Shown piece by piece: positions 10,421 to 19,396 of a DNA stretch of 64,000 bases; the first letter of the stretch is position 1; each line of letters begins with the position of its first letter. The translations under genes were made by a program, and so were the position numbers. The stretch is from positions 1,152,001 to 1,216,000 of the forward strand of contig OZ245742.1 in NCBI GenBank assembly GCA_965227295.1. Direction: 5' to 3'. The notes under the pieces were generated by a model. That model saw only the letters and a program-made list of their open reading frames with translations, was not told the origin of the DNA and searched no databases. This DNA comes from Leptonemataceae bacterium (lineage in GTDB: Bacteria > Spirochaetota > Leptospiria > Leptospirales > Leptonemataceae).

Positions 10421-10488
10421 AGCGGTCTCTCCGAGATTATCGGATGATTCCAACCGCGAAAACACCACGTGTTTCTTCCATAAGAATG

Positions 10489-11574
10489 ATGCCACGCTCT
10501 CCGCGAAATCGCACGCTACTCCTCACGGACGAAGATCGCTGCCGCCTGCGGCCTTCCCTACGTCCGACACCCGCGGATCGGCTCAGTCCGGAAGAACTCC
10601 ACGACGCCGTATTCCGCGCGGATTTTTTCGAACTCGCACAGCGACTTCCAGCCGGGTGCGTGGACCTGCTTTTCGTCGATCCGCCGTACAATCTTACGAA
10701 ACAATTCAACGGCCGCACCTTCCGCCGCATGTCCCTCGACGATTACGAGGCGTGGCTCGAGCAGTGGCTGCCGGAAATTCTGCCTGCGCTCAAGCCCACG
10801 GCCTCCGTCTACATCTGCGGCGACTGGCGGTCGTCCGCGGCCATCCATCGCGTGTGCGAAAAACATCTGGTCGTGCGCAATCGCATAACGTTCGAACGCG
10901 AAAAAGGCCGCGGCGCCCTCTACGACTGGAAAAACGCGAGCGAGGACATCTGGTTCTGCACGGTATCCAATCAGTACCACTTCGATGCGGACGCCGTGAA
11001 ACTCAAGCGAACGGTGATTGCGCCGTACCGGAAGAACGGCAAACCCCGGGACTGGAACGAAGAGGCCGACGGCAACTTTCGCATGACGCATTCTTCGAAT
11101 CTCTGGACCGACATCACCGTGCCGTTCTGGTCCATGCCGGAGAATACGCCGCATCCGACCCAGAAGCCGGAGAAACTACTGGCGAAGATCATCCTGGCCA
11201 GTTCCCGCCCGGGCGACCTGGTCTTCGATCCCTTCGGCGGCGCGGGCACAACGGCCGTGGTCGCAAAGAAGCTCGGCCGGCGCTACGCCATGACGGAAAT
11301 AGATGAGGACTACTGCCTGTATGCTCTTCGCCGCTTAGAGCTTGCGGACAAGGAGTTAACAATCCAGGGTTATGCCGACGGGGTGTTCTGGGAGCGCAAC
11401 AGCGGGCCGAACATCCGGGCGGCACAGAAAGACGCCGGCCTCCGTATGCAAGGCCAGGCGCGTCTTACTCCAGAATCGCAAAGCGATGCACGCCCAGAAA
11501 GTTCTCGTTCTCCGGAGCAGGCTGCCACGCCGGGTCCGGACTCCCCAGCAGATAATCGGCGGGAACCCGCTTGA
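10489..11574 (+). CDS. Orphan beta-class N4-cytosine/N6-adenine DNA methyltransferase
   Basis: Motif IV DPPY precedes HPTQKP and motif I DPFGGAGTT; no adjacent endonuclease. Confidence 0.9.
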   Translation: MPRSPRNRTLLLTDEDRCRLRPSLRPTPADRLSPEELHDAVFRADFFELAQRLPAGCVDLLFVDPPYNLTKQFNGRTFRRMSLDDYEAWLEQWLPEILPALKPTASVYICGDWRSSAAIHRVCEKHLVVRNRITFEREKGRGALYDWKNASEDIWFCTVSNQYHFDADAVKLKRTVIAPYRKNGKPRDWNEEADGNFRMTHSSNLWTDITVPFWSMPENTPHPTQKPEKLLAKIILASSRPGDLVFDPFGGAGTTAVVAKKLGRRYAMTEIDEDYCLYALRRLELADKELTIQGYADGVFWERNSGPNIRAAQKDAGLRMQGQARLTPESQSDARPESSRSPEQAATPGPDSPADNRREPA

Positions 11575-12478
11575 GCCCCGCCTCCCCGCCGGTATGATAC
11601 ACAATCATCACGTCCCCGGCTTCCCGGGCCGGCGCCGTGACGATCATGGAGTGGTACGGGAACTCCACGTTCGCAGCATCGAAGTAAAACAGCACGTCCC
11701 CGGCGAGGGCATCCGCAATGTCTTTGCTAACATACTGCGTATGAAAGCTAGCAAGATAGGCCGCCTCCGCGAACTCCGCAAAGTTTTCCGGGCCCTTGCC
11801 GACGCGAAAGATGCGCGTACCGAGAACGGGGACGTCGGGATACTGAAAGCGCTGTACATCCGGCAGATTTTTGTCGATGGGCAGGCCCAGGCGTTGTTGC
11901 CAGTCTGAATCGTGCCTCTTCAGTGCTTCACGGTAGGCAAAACGAATGAGGCCGGAGCAGTCACGCTCGTCGTCTCGCCAGGCATAGGATGATGAGACGA
12001 ACTGCGCCTCGGCAATGCGCACGAACCATGCTCGAAACGCCCGGCGGTCGGCGACAGATACCAGCTCCGCGGCATCCGGAAAACCGTCGCCGTCCAGGTC
12101 CGCCGGCTGTTCCAGGAAGCGCAGCACAACAACGTCACCGCCGGTAGAAAACCAGAGCGCCGTCCCGGGACTACCGCCGCTACGAAAGCTGATCCGCACA
12201 CGTTCGGCCTCGTCGCGACGATCGAGGATCTGTACAACGCGCTCCAGCACATGGGCATCCGCCAGCAGCGGTCCGAAGAGCCGCCCCGGTCCGCGCCAGA
12301 CCAGGTTTCCCCCGCTGGTACCGTCCGCCGGAAATCGGCGCAGCCCCGATCCGAAACCGTTCGGCTCGCTCCGGCAAGACGCACTGCCGCAAATCAGCGC
12401 AAGGAAAACGGCGCCGTGCCAAAAAGGCTTTACGAACTTCTTTCCCCGGGAGATATGCAAGTTCCTCAAAAACGCCAT
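11465..12478 (-). CDS. DUF1175 (YfaT/MagC-like, NlpC/P60-related) lipoprotein
   Basis: FRAWFVRIA, DCSGLIRFAYREALKRHD, ALAGDVLFY, HSMI, YHTG, NFLGVHR match YfaT as recalled; lipobox-like SASC. Confidence 0.85.
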   Translation of the reverse strand: MAFLRNLHISRGKKFVKPFWHGAVFLALICGSASCRSEPNGFGSGLRRFPADGTSGGNLVWRGPGRLFGPLLADAHVLERVVQILDRRDEAERVRISFRSGGSPGTALWFSTGGDVVVLRFLEQPADLDGDGFPDAAELVSVADRRAFRAWFVRIAEAQFVSSSYAWRDDERDCSGLIRFAYREALKRHDSDWQQRLGLPIDKNLPDVQRFQYPDVPVLGTRIFRVGKGPENFAEFAEAAYLASFHTQYVSKDIADALAGDVLFYFDAANVEFPYHSMIVTAPAREAGDVMIVYHTGGEAGLKRVPADYLLGSPDPAWQPAPENENFLGVHRFAILE

Positions 12479-14255
12479 GAACGCCTTCTTTCAGAAAATC
12501 AAAACAGCTTTCTTAAATCTGAGCCAGGCCGCACGCGTTGCCGTAATCGGTGGCGGTGTCGCCGGACTCGCTCTGATCATCGGCGTATCCGCCTACGCCC
12601 TGGGCAAGACCTATCTGCTGAATCCGGAGATCGACCAGATCAGCCAGATGATTCCCCGTCAGGCCATCTTCTTCGTCGAGGTCCGCAATCCGGCCAGGCT
12701 GCTGGAGATGTGGAGCGAGTCCGGGCCGGCACAGCGCCTCGCAAACAGCCCGGCCTACGCAAATCTTAAGAGCACGCCGGAAGTACAAAACCTGACGTCG
12801 CTCGTTTACTTTCTCGAACTGAAGACCGGCTCCTACTTCGGGGACTTCATTTCGGTTCTGGATCGGCCCGCGGGTTTTGCATACATGCAGGACGGCACGT
12901 TTCTGGCTGTAACCCGCACCAATGTCCAGTCGCGGCTCGGCATTGCCGTGGCGCAGGCCTTCGAGACCGGGGAGGGTCGAACCATCGAACTGCCGAACCA
13001 GGAGCAATTCGAAAAGGCTCCGCCCAAAGACACGGCGAGCGAAGAGCCCTACGTCGTGAAACAAGAGGATTCCCTGCCCGCGCTAATCGAACGACGAGAG
13101 CGCCTCGGCAATTTGCAGATCTCTGAAATCGATCTCGGTGAGCGGAGCATCTACTTTGCGCTGCTGGACGACGTCCTCTTCGCCTCGGACTCAATCGAAA
13201 CCCTGGAGTCCTCGCTCAGCCTGGCCGGTGATCCTGAGAGCTACTCCCTGGCCACCCTCGCGGGCATGCCGGCGGCCCGGAGTTCCCTTGCGGCGGACGA
13301 CGGTCACGCCCTCATCTACTTCGGCAGCAGCGGTGGTTTCTGGGCTCCGGCCGCAGCCACCCTCGGCGGTGATGCCGGACTGGCCCTTGTCCTGAAAACC
13401 AACGGCGCAGACACGGCTCAATTCGACTCCTTCGACGCCGGCGAGAGTCGCCTGGCGCGTTTTCGTAAGGACGATGGACGCCAGGAACTGCCCGCACGTA
13501 CGCACTGGGAACACCTCCTGCCACGGGAAGCCGTGCTTTCTTTTTATTCGGCGGCCGATTCTCCCGCCGAACTCCTGGAGTATCTCGAAAACATTTCCGG
13601 TCCGCCGGAAAGTATCGCGAACAATGCGCAAAAAATGCTGCGGGCCGGTGGACTGTCCACGGACGAACTCAAGGGGGATCCGGGTACCGCTCTAATCTTT
13701 CACGGCTTCACCTGGAACGCGCACAATCTCACGCCGCAACTCAGCTTCGGTTTCCGCGGCGACGCCGATCAACTGGGCCGGCTGACCACGGCAGTCTTTC
13801 GCCCGGGAGATGCAGCCCGCAGTATTACGTTTCAAAACACGGCGTACACAATCTACCCGCGCAGCGGCAAGAACTACGAACCGGCCTTCGCCGCGGTGCA
13901 GTCAGCGAAAGCATCGGGCGGGGCCGCGTTTCTATCCACGCGCGACGACGTGCTGAAAACAATCATCGGCAGCGCGGCCGGAATCAGGCCCGACCTTTCC
14001 GATCTGAAGTCCTACACGGAACTGGGTGAGTTCGCCGGGGCGCCGATGCATGTGGTCGTAGACCTGAACGAAGCACGCCTGGCACTCCGCGCTTTCTTCA
14101 AGCTCGGGGCCCTGCGCAGCGATGCATACAGTGAGAAGACCCTCGACCGCGACATACAGCCGTTCCTCGACGCCTTCGCCGGCTACGGCATCTTACACCT
14201 GGCTCACGGCCTGCCGGGCAGAATCCACGGCCGCCTGGTAATCACGCGGAACTAG
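12477..14255 (+). CDS. Membrane-anchored protein, probable remote YfaA/MagB (DUF2138) homologue
   Basis: N-terminal TM; colinear blocks resembling YfaA by eye (SVLDRPA, FALLDDVLF, LLPREA, LSTRDDVL..RPDLSD, PFLDAF). Confidence 0.6.
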   Translation: MNAFFQKIKTAFLNLSQAARVAVIGGGVAGLALIIGVSAYALGKTYLLNPEIDQISQMIPRQAIFFVEVRNPARLLEMWSESGPAQRLANSPAYANLKSTPEVQNLTSLVYFLELKTGSYFGDFISVLDRPAGFAYMQDGTFLAVTRTNVQSRLGIAVAQAFETGEGRTIELPNQEQFEKAPPKDTASEEPYVVKQEDSLPALIERRERLGNLQISEIDLGERSIYFALLDDVLFASDSIETLESSLSLAGDPESYSLATLAGMPAARSSLAADDGHALIYFGSSGGFWAPAAATLGGDAGLALVLKTNGADTAQFDSFDAGESRLARFRKDDGRQELPARTHWEHLLPREAVLSFYSAADSPAELLEYLENISGPPESIANNAQKMLRAGGLSTDELKGDPGTALIFHGFTWNAHNLTPQLSFGFRGDADQLGRLTTAVFRPGDAARSITFQNTAYTIYPRSGKNYEPAFAAVQSAKASGGAAFLSTRDDVLKTIIGSAAGIRPDLSDLKSYTELGEFAGAPMHVVVDLNEARLALRAFFKLGALRSDAYSEKTLDRDIQPFLDAFAGYGILHLAHGLPGRIHGRLVITRN

Positions 14256-14287
14256 ACGGCCTTCACAATTCTTCATAAGCTGTCAGC

Positions 14288-14593
14288 ATGACCGCACCCG
14301 CAAAACTCGAAGACACGACTGTCCAGACCCGGCTGTCGGAAATCCCGGGCTGGGAATTCCGCGACGGCAGGCTCCACCGCGAGTTCCGCTTTAAGGATTT
14401 TGTGAACGCCTTTCAGTTCATGACGGAAAGCGCAAAGCTTGCCGAGAAGCTACAGCATCATCCGGACTGGCACAACGTCTACAACCAGGTGAATGTCGAC
14501 CTGAACACGCACGATGCGAACGGCATTACCGACCTGGATTTTCAGATGGCAAAGGGCATGAACGATTCTTTTGATAAGATTTCGGGCAAGTAA
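14288..14593 (+). CDS. phhB: Pterin-4-alpha-carbinolamine dehydratase
   Basis: FKDF..AF.FM, HHPDW, THDA.GIT.LD. Confidence 0.93.
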   Translation: MTAPAKLEDTTVQTRLSEIPGWEFRDGRLHREFRFKDFVNAFQFMTESAKLAEKLQHHPDWHNVYNQVNVDLNTHDANGITDLDFQMAKGMNDSFDKISGK

Positions 14594-14598
14594 GCACC

Positions 14599-15624
14599 TC
14601 AAGTCTCCTGCGCCACCGCCGTAAAGACGGCAGGGTCGGGACGCACACCGTTCTCGCCGGCTTTATAGCGACTGAGTTCGCAGCACTGACGCCACAGCGA
14701 TTCGATTTCCGCAGCCGTATTCTTCGTACTCTCCATGCGATGGGTCGGCCGCGCCTTACGATCAAAGAAAAACCTTCCGCTATCTTCGATATTCAGCTTC
14801 GGATTCACTCCCAGCCATAGAATCGTATCCGCCCCCTCGGCCGGCGTACGCAGTACGGCCTGGGTAATGGTGTGAAACATCGGCAATGACGAGCGCACTG
14901 CGGGCGTGTCCGCCCAGCCGGGGTGCATACAGGTTACGAGCACATCGTCCTCGCGAAACACCCGCGCCCACACTTTCGTAAGGAGGACCTCGGCGCGTTT
15001 CGTCCGCGCGTAAGCCCGCGTGCCGTCGAATTCATTTTTTGCATACTGAAGATCATCGACTTCGAGTTTCGCGAGGTACATTCCCCCGGAGGAGACGTTG
15101 ACCACGCGCGCCCCGGCGGTCTCCCGCAGCAGCGGTGCCAGCAAGTTCACGAGCAGAAAGTATGCGAGGACGTTGACTGCAAAAGTCGCCTCGATTCCGT
15201 CCTCCGTCAGGGATCGCTCGTGCGGCAGAATGCCGGCGTTGTTTACGAGAATGTCGAGGCGCGCCTCGGTCTTCAAGAACCAGTCGGCGAAATCGCGGAT
15301 TTGTTGCTGGTCAGCCAGATCGACGATATAGAGCTCTATGCCATTGTTACCGGTCTTTCCCAGGATGTCTTCCCGGGCCGCCCGTCCTCGTCCCGCGTTC
15401 CGGCAGAGCAGATAGACCCGGGCGCCGCGTTCGGCCAGGCCGAGCGCCGTTTCCCGGCCGAGGCCCGAGTTCGCACCGGTGACCACGGCAACCCGACCGC
15501 TCAAGTCGACATCGAGGTCTTCGTCGTTCCACAGATTCTTGCGAACGTGAAAGCCGATGCGATCATAGCCGAAGACCACGGTGCGATCCAGAAGCCCATC
15601 CAGGGTTTCAAAGAATGATCTCAC
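14599..15624 (-). CDS. Short-chain dehydrogenase/reductase (DHRS12-like)
   Basis: TGANSGLG, NNAG, VSSGGMY, YARTK, HPGWADTP. Confidence 0.9.
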   Translation of the reverse strand: MRSFFETLDGLLDRTVVFGYDRIGFHVRKNLWNDEDLDVDLSGRVAVVTGANSGLGRETALGLAERGARVYLLCRNAGRGRAAREDILGKTGNNGIELYIVDLADQQQIRDFADWFLKTEARLDILVNNAGILPHERSLTEDGIEATFAVNVLAYFLLVNLLAPLLRETAGARVVNVSSGGMYLAKLEVDDLQYAKNEFDGTRAYARTKRAEVLLTKVWARVFREDDVLVTCMHPGWADTPAVRSSLPMFHTITQAVLRTPAEGADTILWLGVNPKLNIEDSGRFFFDRKARPTHRMESTKNTAAEIESLWRQCCELSRYKAGENGVRPDPAVFTAVAQET

Positions 15625-15656
15625 CGCATCAAAATAATGGCTGACACCGAATTCGA

Positions 15657-16700
15657 CTACTCGCGGCCGTAGCGCCGTTCGCGCTCAAAGCGGAAAAAAC
15701 CGCCGGCCTCTTCCCGGGCGATGATGTCCGCCTCTTCGCCGAAGAGCTCCCGGCGCAGGGCCTGTAGTTCTGCTTCACAGTCGCCGGTGCAGGAAGATTG
15801 AACTTCCTTCCGGCGCTCCATGTAGGTTTCACCGGCGGTCCAGCGAGCATCTCGCCGCCGGTCCAGATCGTCCCAACGTTCCAGGGCGGCTTCGTCCATA
15901 CCCAGGGCGCTACGAATCTGCCGCAACGCCAGGTTGCGATCTTCGGGCTCCAGGTCTGCCAGATCTTCCTGTACTGCCTCGGTGAATGCGTTGACCAGGT
16001 TCAGCTTACGTTTTTCCAGAACCGACGGAAGTTGATCTCCGAAGCTATCTTCGAGACTACGGGTGTAGGCCGAAAGTTTTTCCTGCACGGACAGCTCCGA
16101 CGTCTTGATCGCTTCGAGGGTTTGAGCCACGCCCCGCATGCGTTTTTCGGATTCCCAGATCTCGTCGGCTTGCTCGCCGAAGTATTCATAGCGCACGGAC
16201 CAGAGTAACTCCTGACGTTCCTCGCGACTCATGCGGCCGAGCAAGTCCCGACGCTCTTCGATCTCCCGCTCGTACCTGTAGAGATTTTCCGACAACCGAA
16301 AGAGTTCGGTCGCCCGCTCCGGGAAAGCCGCCGCCAGGATTTCGTTCAGGACTTCCACCCAACGATCGGGGTACTGCTCACGCAAATAGCGCATCAGCTC
16401 TTCCAGCATAGCCACACGCACGCGTGCGTTATGGATGCGATCGCCGTACCGTTGCCGCAAGAGCGCAACGATTTGTTCGAAACTCAGTTCGCCTTCGCGA
16501 TAGACGGCGCCTTCTTCACCCTGGGAGTAGATGATTTCCGAAAGCACTTCCTCGTCCACGCTGCGCACCGGCGGCGGATTATCACTCAGTCGGCGGAACT
16601 GCTGCTCCACCGGATCTTCCACCATAAAGAGCAGAGCCACGACAAGGGCCGCGACCAGTGCGCCAATCAACCCAACGATTACGAGAACGCGTCGATTCAT
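15657..16700 (-). CDS. Probable lipase chaperone (foldase-like)
   Basis: N-terminal TM anchor, charged helical body, LRRELFGEEA-type repeats; directly downstream of a secreted lipase. Confidence 0.6.
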   Translation of the reverse strand: MNRRVLVIVGLIGALVAALVVALLFMVEDPVEQQFRRLSDNPPPVRSVDEEVLSEIIYSQGEEGAVYREGELSFEQIVALLRQRYGDRIHNARVRVAMLEELMRYLREQYPDRWVEVLNEILAAAFPERATELFRLSENLYRYEREIEERRDLLGRMSREERQELLWSVRYEYFGEQADEIWESEKRMRGVAQTLEAIKTSELSVQEKLSAYTRSLEDSFGDQLPSVLEKRKLNLVNAFTEAVQEDLADLEPEDRNLALRQIRSALGMDEAALERWDDLDRRRDARWTAGETYMERRKEVQSSCTGDCEAELQALRRELFGEEADIIAREEAGGFFRFERERRYGRE

Positions 16701-16711
16701 CTTATCCGTAC

Positions 16712-16741
16712 AAAAAAGAAACCCCGCCCTGAGACGGGGTT
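16712..16741 (-). terminator. Intrinsic terminator between lipase and chaperone
   Basis: Minus strand AACCCCGTC-TCAG-GGCGGGGTT then TCTTTTTT. Confidence 0.75.
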
Positions 16742-16778
16742 GGAACAGCTTTACGAGAACGGAAAAACAGCGACGGCG

Positions 16779-17891
16779 TCAATCGTAATAGGCGATGTAG
16801 TGCAGCGCCGCGGCGTAGAACTCCATCTCATCGAAGGTGTCCGGCCCGACACCGATGACGTCGGCGTGATCCTGGTTCACGACGGCGGAGAGGGAAGTCA
16901 TTTGCGCGCTGGACGGATTGTTCACGTCGCTGACGTATCCGAGGGAGTGATACGTCGTGAGGGAATCAAAGCAAAGAAAGCATTCGTTGTACTTAAGGCG
17001 ATAGCCGTTCTGTTGGGAGTTTATGCCAACGAGGCCGTCATCGTCGAGGTCCGAAGCACTGCCGTCGCCTTTGCCGCCGGCCCCGTCGTTGTCGCAGTCT
17101 CCGCTGCAGTAGCCGTCCCCGTCGATATCGGTCAGGAGTTTCAGCAGGCCCAGGGCCGGATTCACGCCGGTACCGTTCTGGGCCGTTACCACGGAGACGT
17201 AACGTGCCACCGCGGAGGAACTGTTCGGATACGCCTGGTTAAACGAGCGCATGCCGGTGACGACTCCGTCCCGGGAATCGAAGTCGCCGTAGACTAACTG
17301 CTTTGCCGCGGCGTAACCGTCGTTGCCCGGGGCATAGACAATGTTGCCGAAGACCGTGGCGAGAAAGTTCACCACTTCCGTAACAGAACCGAGGCCGAGA
17401 ATCGCCTTCGCCATGGGCGAACCGCGATGCGGGGAAGAAACCGAGAAGAGAACCTTGACGACCTGGCTGCCCCGCCGGGCCCGCAGAACATGGGCGGCCT
17501 TGCGCGCATCGATGCCGCCCTGTGAATGACCGATGATGCTCACTTTCGAAGCCCCCACCGTGGCCAGGTAGGATTCAATTTCGTCCGCGAGCTGGACGCC
17601 GCGTACTTCCGAGGTCTGGAAGGGGCTCACCTGGGCCGCATAGGCTTCCTGCCCGGAGTGAATGTGATCGTTGCAGGAAGTTTCGAACCAACTGTCGCAG
17701 GGATCACCGACGAAGGTTCCGTAGTCATCGCCGAAATAATAAAAACCGAAGATGTCGTCCATTCCGCCGAGACCGTGGGCGAAAACGACCGGATGCGAAG
17801 TGCGAGATGCATCAGCCAGCACCGGGCCGCTTCCTCCGAGGAGGAAGGCGAGCCCGAGCGCCGCTGCCGCTATTTTTTGTGTGATTCGCAT
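16779..17891 (-). CDS. Secreted triacylglycerol lipase (alpha/beta hydrolase, family I-like)
   Basis: Signal peptide, PVVFAHGL, GHSQGG, SPHRGS, DDGLV, DHADVIG. Confidence 0.88.
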   Translation of the reverse strand: MRITQKIAAAALGLAFLLGGSGPVLADASRTSHPVVFAHGLGGMDDIFGFYYFGDDYGTFVGDPCDSWFETSCNDHIHSGQEAYAAQVSPFQTSEVRGVQLADEIESYLATVGASKVSIIGHSQGGIDARKAAHVLRARRGSQVVKVLFSVSSPHRGSPMAKAILGLGSVTEVVNFLATVFGNIVYAPGNDGYAAAKQLVYGDFDSRDGVVTGMRSFNQAYPNSSSAVARYVSVVTAQNGTGVNPALGLLKLLTDIDGDGYCSGDCDNDGAGGKGDGSASDLDDDGLVGINSQQNGYRLKYNECFLCFDSLTTYHSLGYVSDVNNPSSAQMTSLSAVVNQDHADVIGVGPDTFDEMEFYAAALHYIAYYD

Positions 17892-18167
17892 GAACGTGCT
17901 CTTATCCTGTTTTGACGGTAGGATAATTGCGTGTGATGTGTACCGTATTGCAGTACGCGTACCGGCTTCTGCCATTCGTTGAATTTTTTTTGAGGAACAG
18001 ACGGTTCTGCGTGTATTCGCGCCTCGACCAGGCCTATTACTGAGGGAAGCATGCCGATGAGTACTGAAGCCAAAGCGCCGCGGCCCGATTCAGGCTCATT
18101 GCGAACCGATTCTGTGCATAATGTCGAAAGTACTGCCTGGCTTAACCTTAAGCCTCGCACCAAATCA

Positions 18168-18956
18168 GTGCATGTATCCTTGCGGCAGGCGGCGAATCAC
18201 ACTTTCATCACTTTGCTTTTCAGCGTTTTTTCGATTCTGCCGGCCGGAATCGCGCTGGCCGTTGCCGGCTGTAATGACTCTCCTCCTACGATGGCCCAAT
18301 CCACGGACGCAGATTTCAGCACGGATCGTCTCCAGATGGTCGAATCGCAGATTGTGTCCCGGGGCGTACGGGATCCAGCAGTCCTCCAGGCCATGCGCAC
18401 GGTTCCGCGCCACCGCTTCGTGCCGGAGCGCGACCGTAATAGTTCCTACAGGGACGGCCCGCTCCCGATCGGTCATGGACAGACCATCTCCCAGCCCTAC
18501 ATCGTCGCCATTATGACCGAACTCCTGGGCCTCGCCGACCGTCCGAACGCCCGGGTGCTTGAGGTCGGCACGGGCTGCGGCTATCAGGCGGCCGTCCTGG
18601 GTGAAATTGCCGCGGAAGTGCATACGATCGAGATTGTGCGGCCGCTGTGCGAACGCGCGCGCAAGATACTCACGGAACTCGGCTATAAAAACGTCCACAT
18701 CCGCTGCGGCGACGGCTACGCGGGTTGGCCCGAGGCTGCGCCCTTCGACGGCATCCTCGTGGCCGCGGCGCCGGCAGAGGTTCCGGAGCCGTTGCTGCGG
18801 CAACTCAAGATCGGCGCACGGCTGGTCATTCCCGTGGGCACGGACTCACAACGACTGCTGGTGATCACCCGCACGGAGGACGGATTTGAGCGGCGCGCAG
18901 TCTTCGGCGTGCGCTTCGTCCCCATGACGGGTCAAGCCCGCGACGAGGCGAATTGA
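18168..18956 (+). CDS. pcm: Protein-L-isoaspartate O-methyltransferase
   Basis: VPRHRFV, GQTISQPYIV, LEVGTGCGY, APFDGI, VRFVPM; start uncertain (GTG 18168 or ATG 18291). Confidence 0.92.
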   Translation: MHVSLRQAANHTFITLLFSVFSILPAGIALAVAGCNDSPPTMAQSTDADFSTDRLQMVESQIVSRGVRDPAVLQAMRTVPRHRFVPERDRNSSYRDGPLPIGHGQTISQPYIVAIMTELLGLADRPNARVLEVGTGCGYQAAVLGEIAAEVHTIEIVRPLCERARKILTELGYKNVHIRCGDGYAGWPEAAPFDGILVAAAPAEVPEPLLRQLKIGARLVIPVGTDSQRLLVITRTEDGFERRAVFGVRFVPMTGQARDEAN

Positions 18957-18998
18957 AAAACAATCGACCGCACGCAACAGGCACCGCCCACTCTGTCC

Positions 18999-19343
18999 AT
19001 GGCGGAAGATACAATTTTCGGTAAGATTCTTCGCAAAGAAATCCCTGCGGATATAGTCTACGAGGACGAGTTGTGCCTGGCCTTCAAAGACATCAACGCT
19101 CAGGCACCCGTGCATGTTCTGTTGATTCCCAGAAAGCCCATCCCGCAGCTTTCGAAGGCCTCCGACGAAGATCGCGAGCTTCTGGGTCACCTCATGCGGA
19201 CGGCGCCCCTCGTGGCCGAGCAGATGGGCGTGGGCGGCAAGTACCGCCTGGTCGTAAACGACGGCAGACGAGCCGGGCAATCGGTCTTTCATCTGCACCT
19301 GCATATCCTGGGTGGACGAGCGCTGGGCTGGCCCCCAGGCTGA
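18999..19343 (+). CDS. HIT family nucleotide-binding protein (HinT-like)
   Basis: TIFGKI, GQSVFHLHLHILGGR..WPPG. Confidence 0.93.
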   Translation: MAEDTIFGKILRKEIPADIVYEDELCLAFKDINAQAPVHVLLIPRKPIPQLSKASDEDRELLGHLMRTAPLVAEQMGVGGKYRLVVNDGRRAGQSVFHLHLHILGGRALGWPPG

Positions 19344-19396
19344 GCCTTTGATTTTTTGCTTGCACTTCACAAAAGAGATGCATTCATTTGTAAAGT

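Noticed and set aside
12015-12476. 154-aa N-terminal extension of the 746-aa ORF
   Set aside because: Lies antisense to the DUF1175 gene and is low-complexity; the TM anchor follows ATG 12477
19350-19396. Imperfect palindrome before the radical SAM gene as an SOS box
   Set aside because: Arms are asymmetric around ATGCAT and spacing does not fit a LexA box I can support
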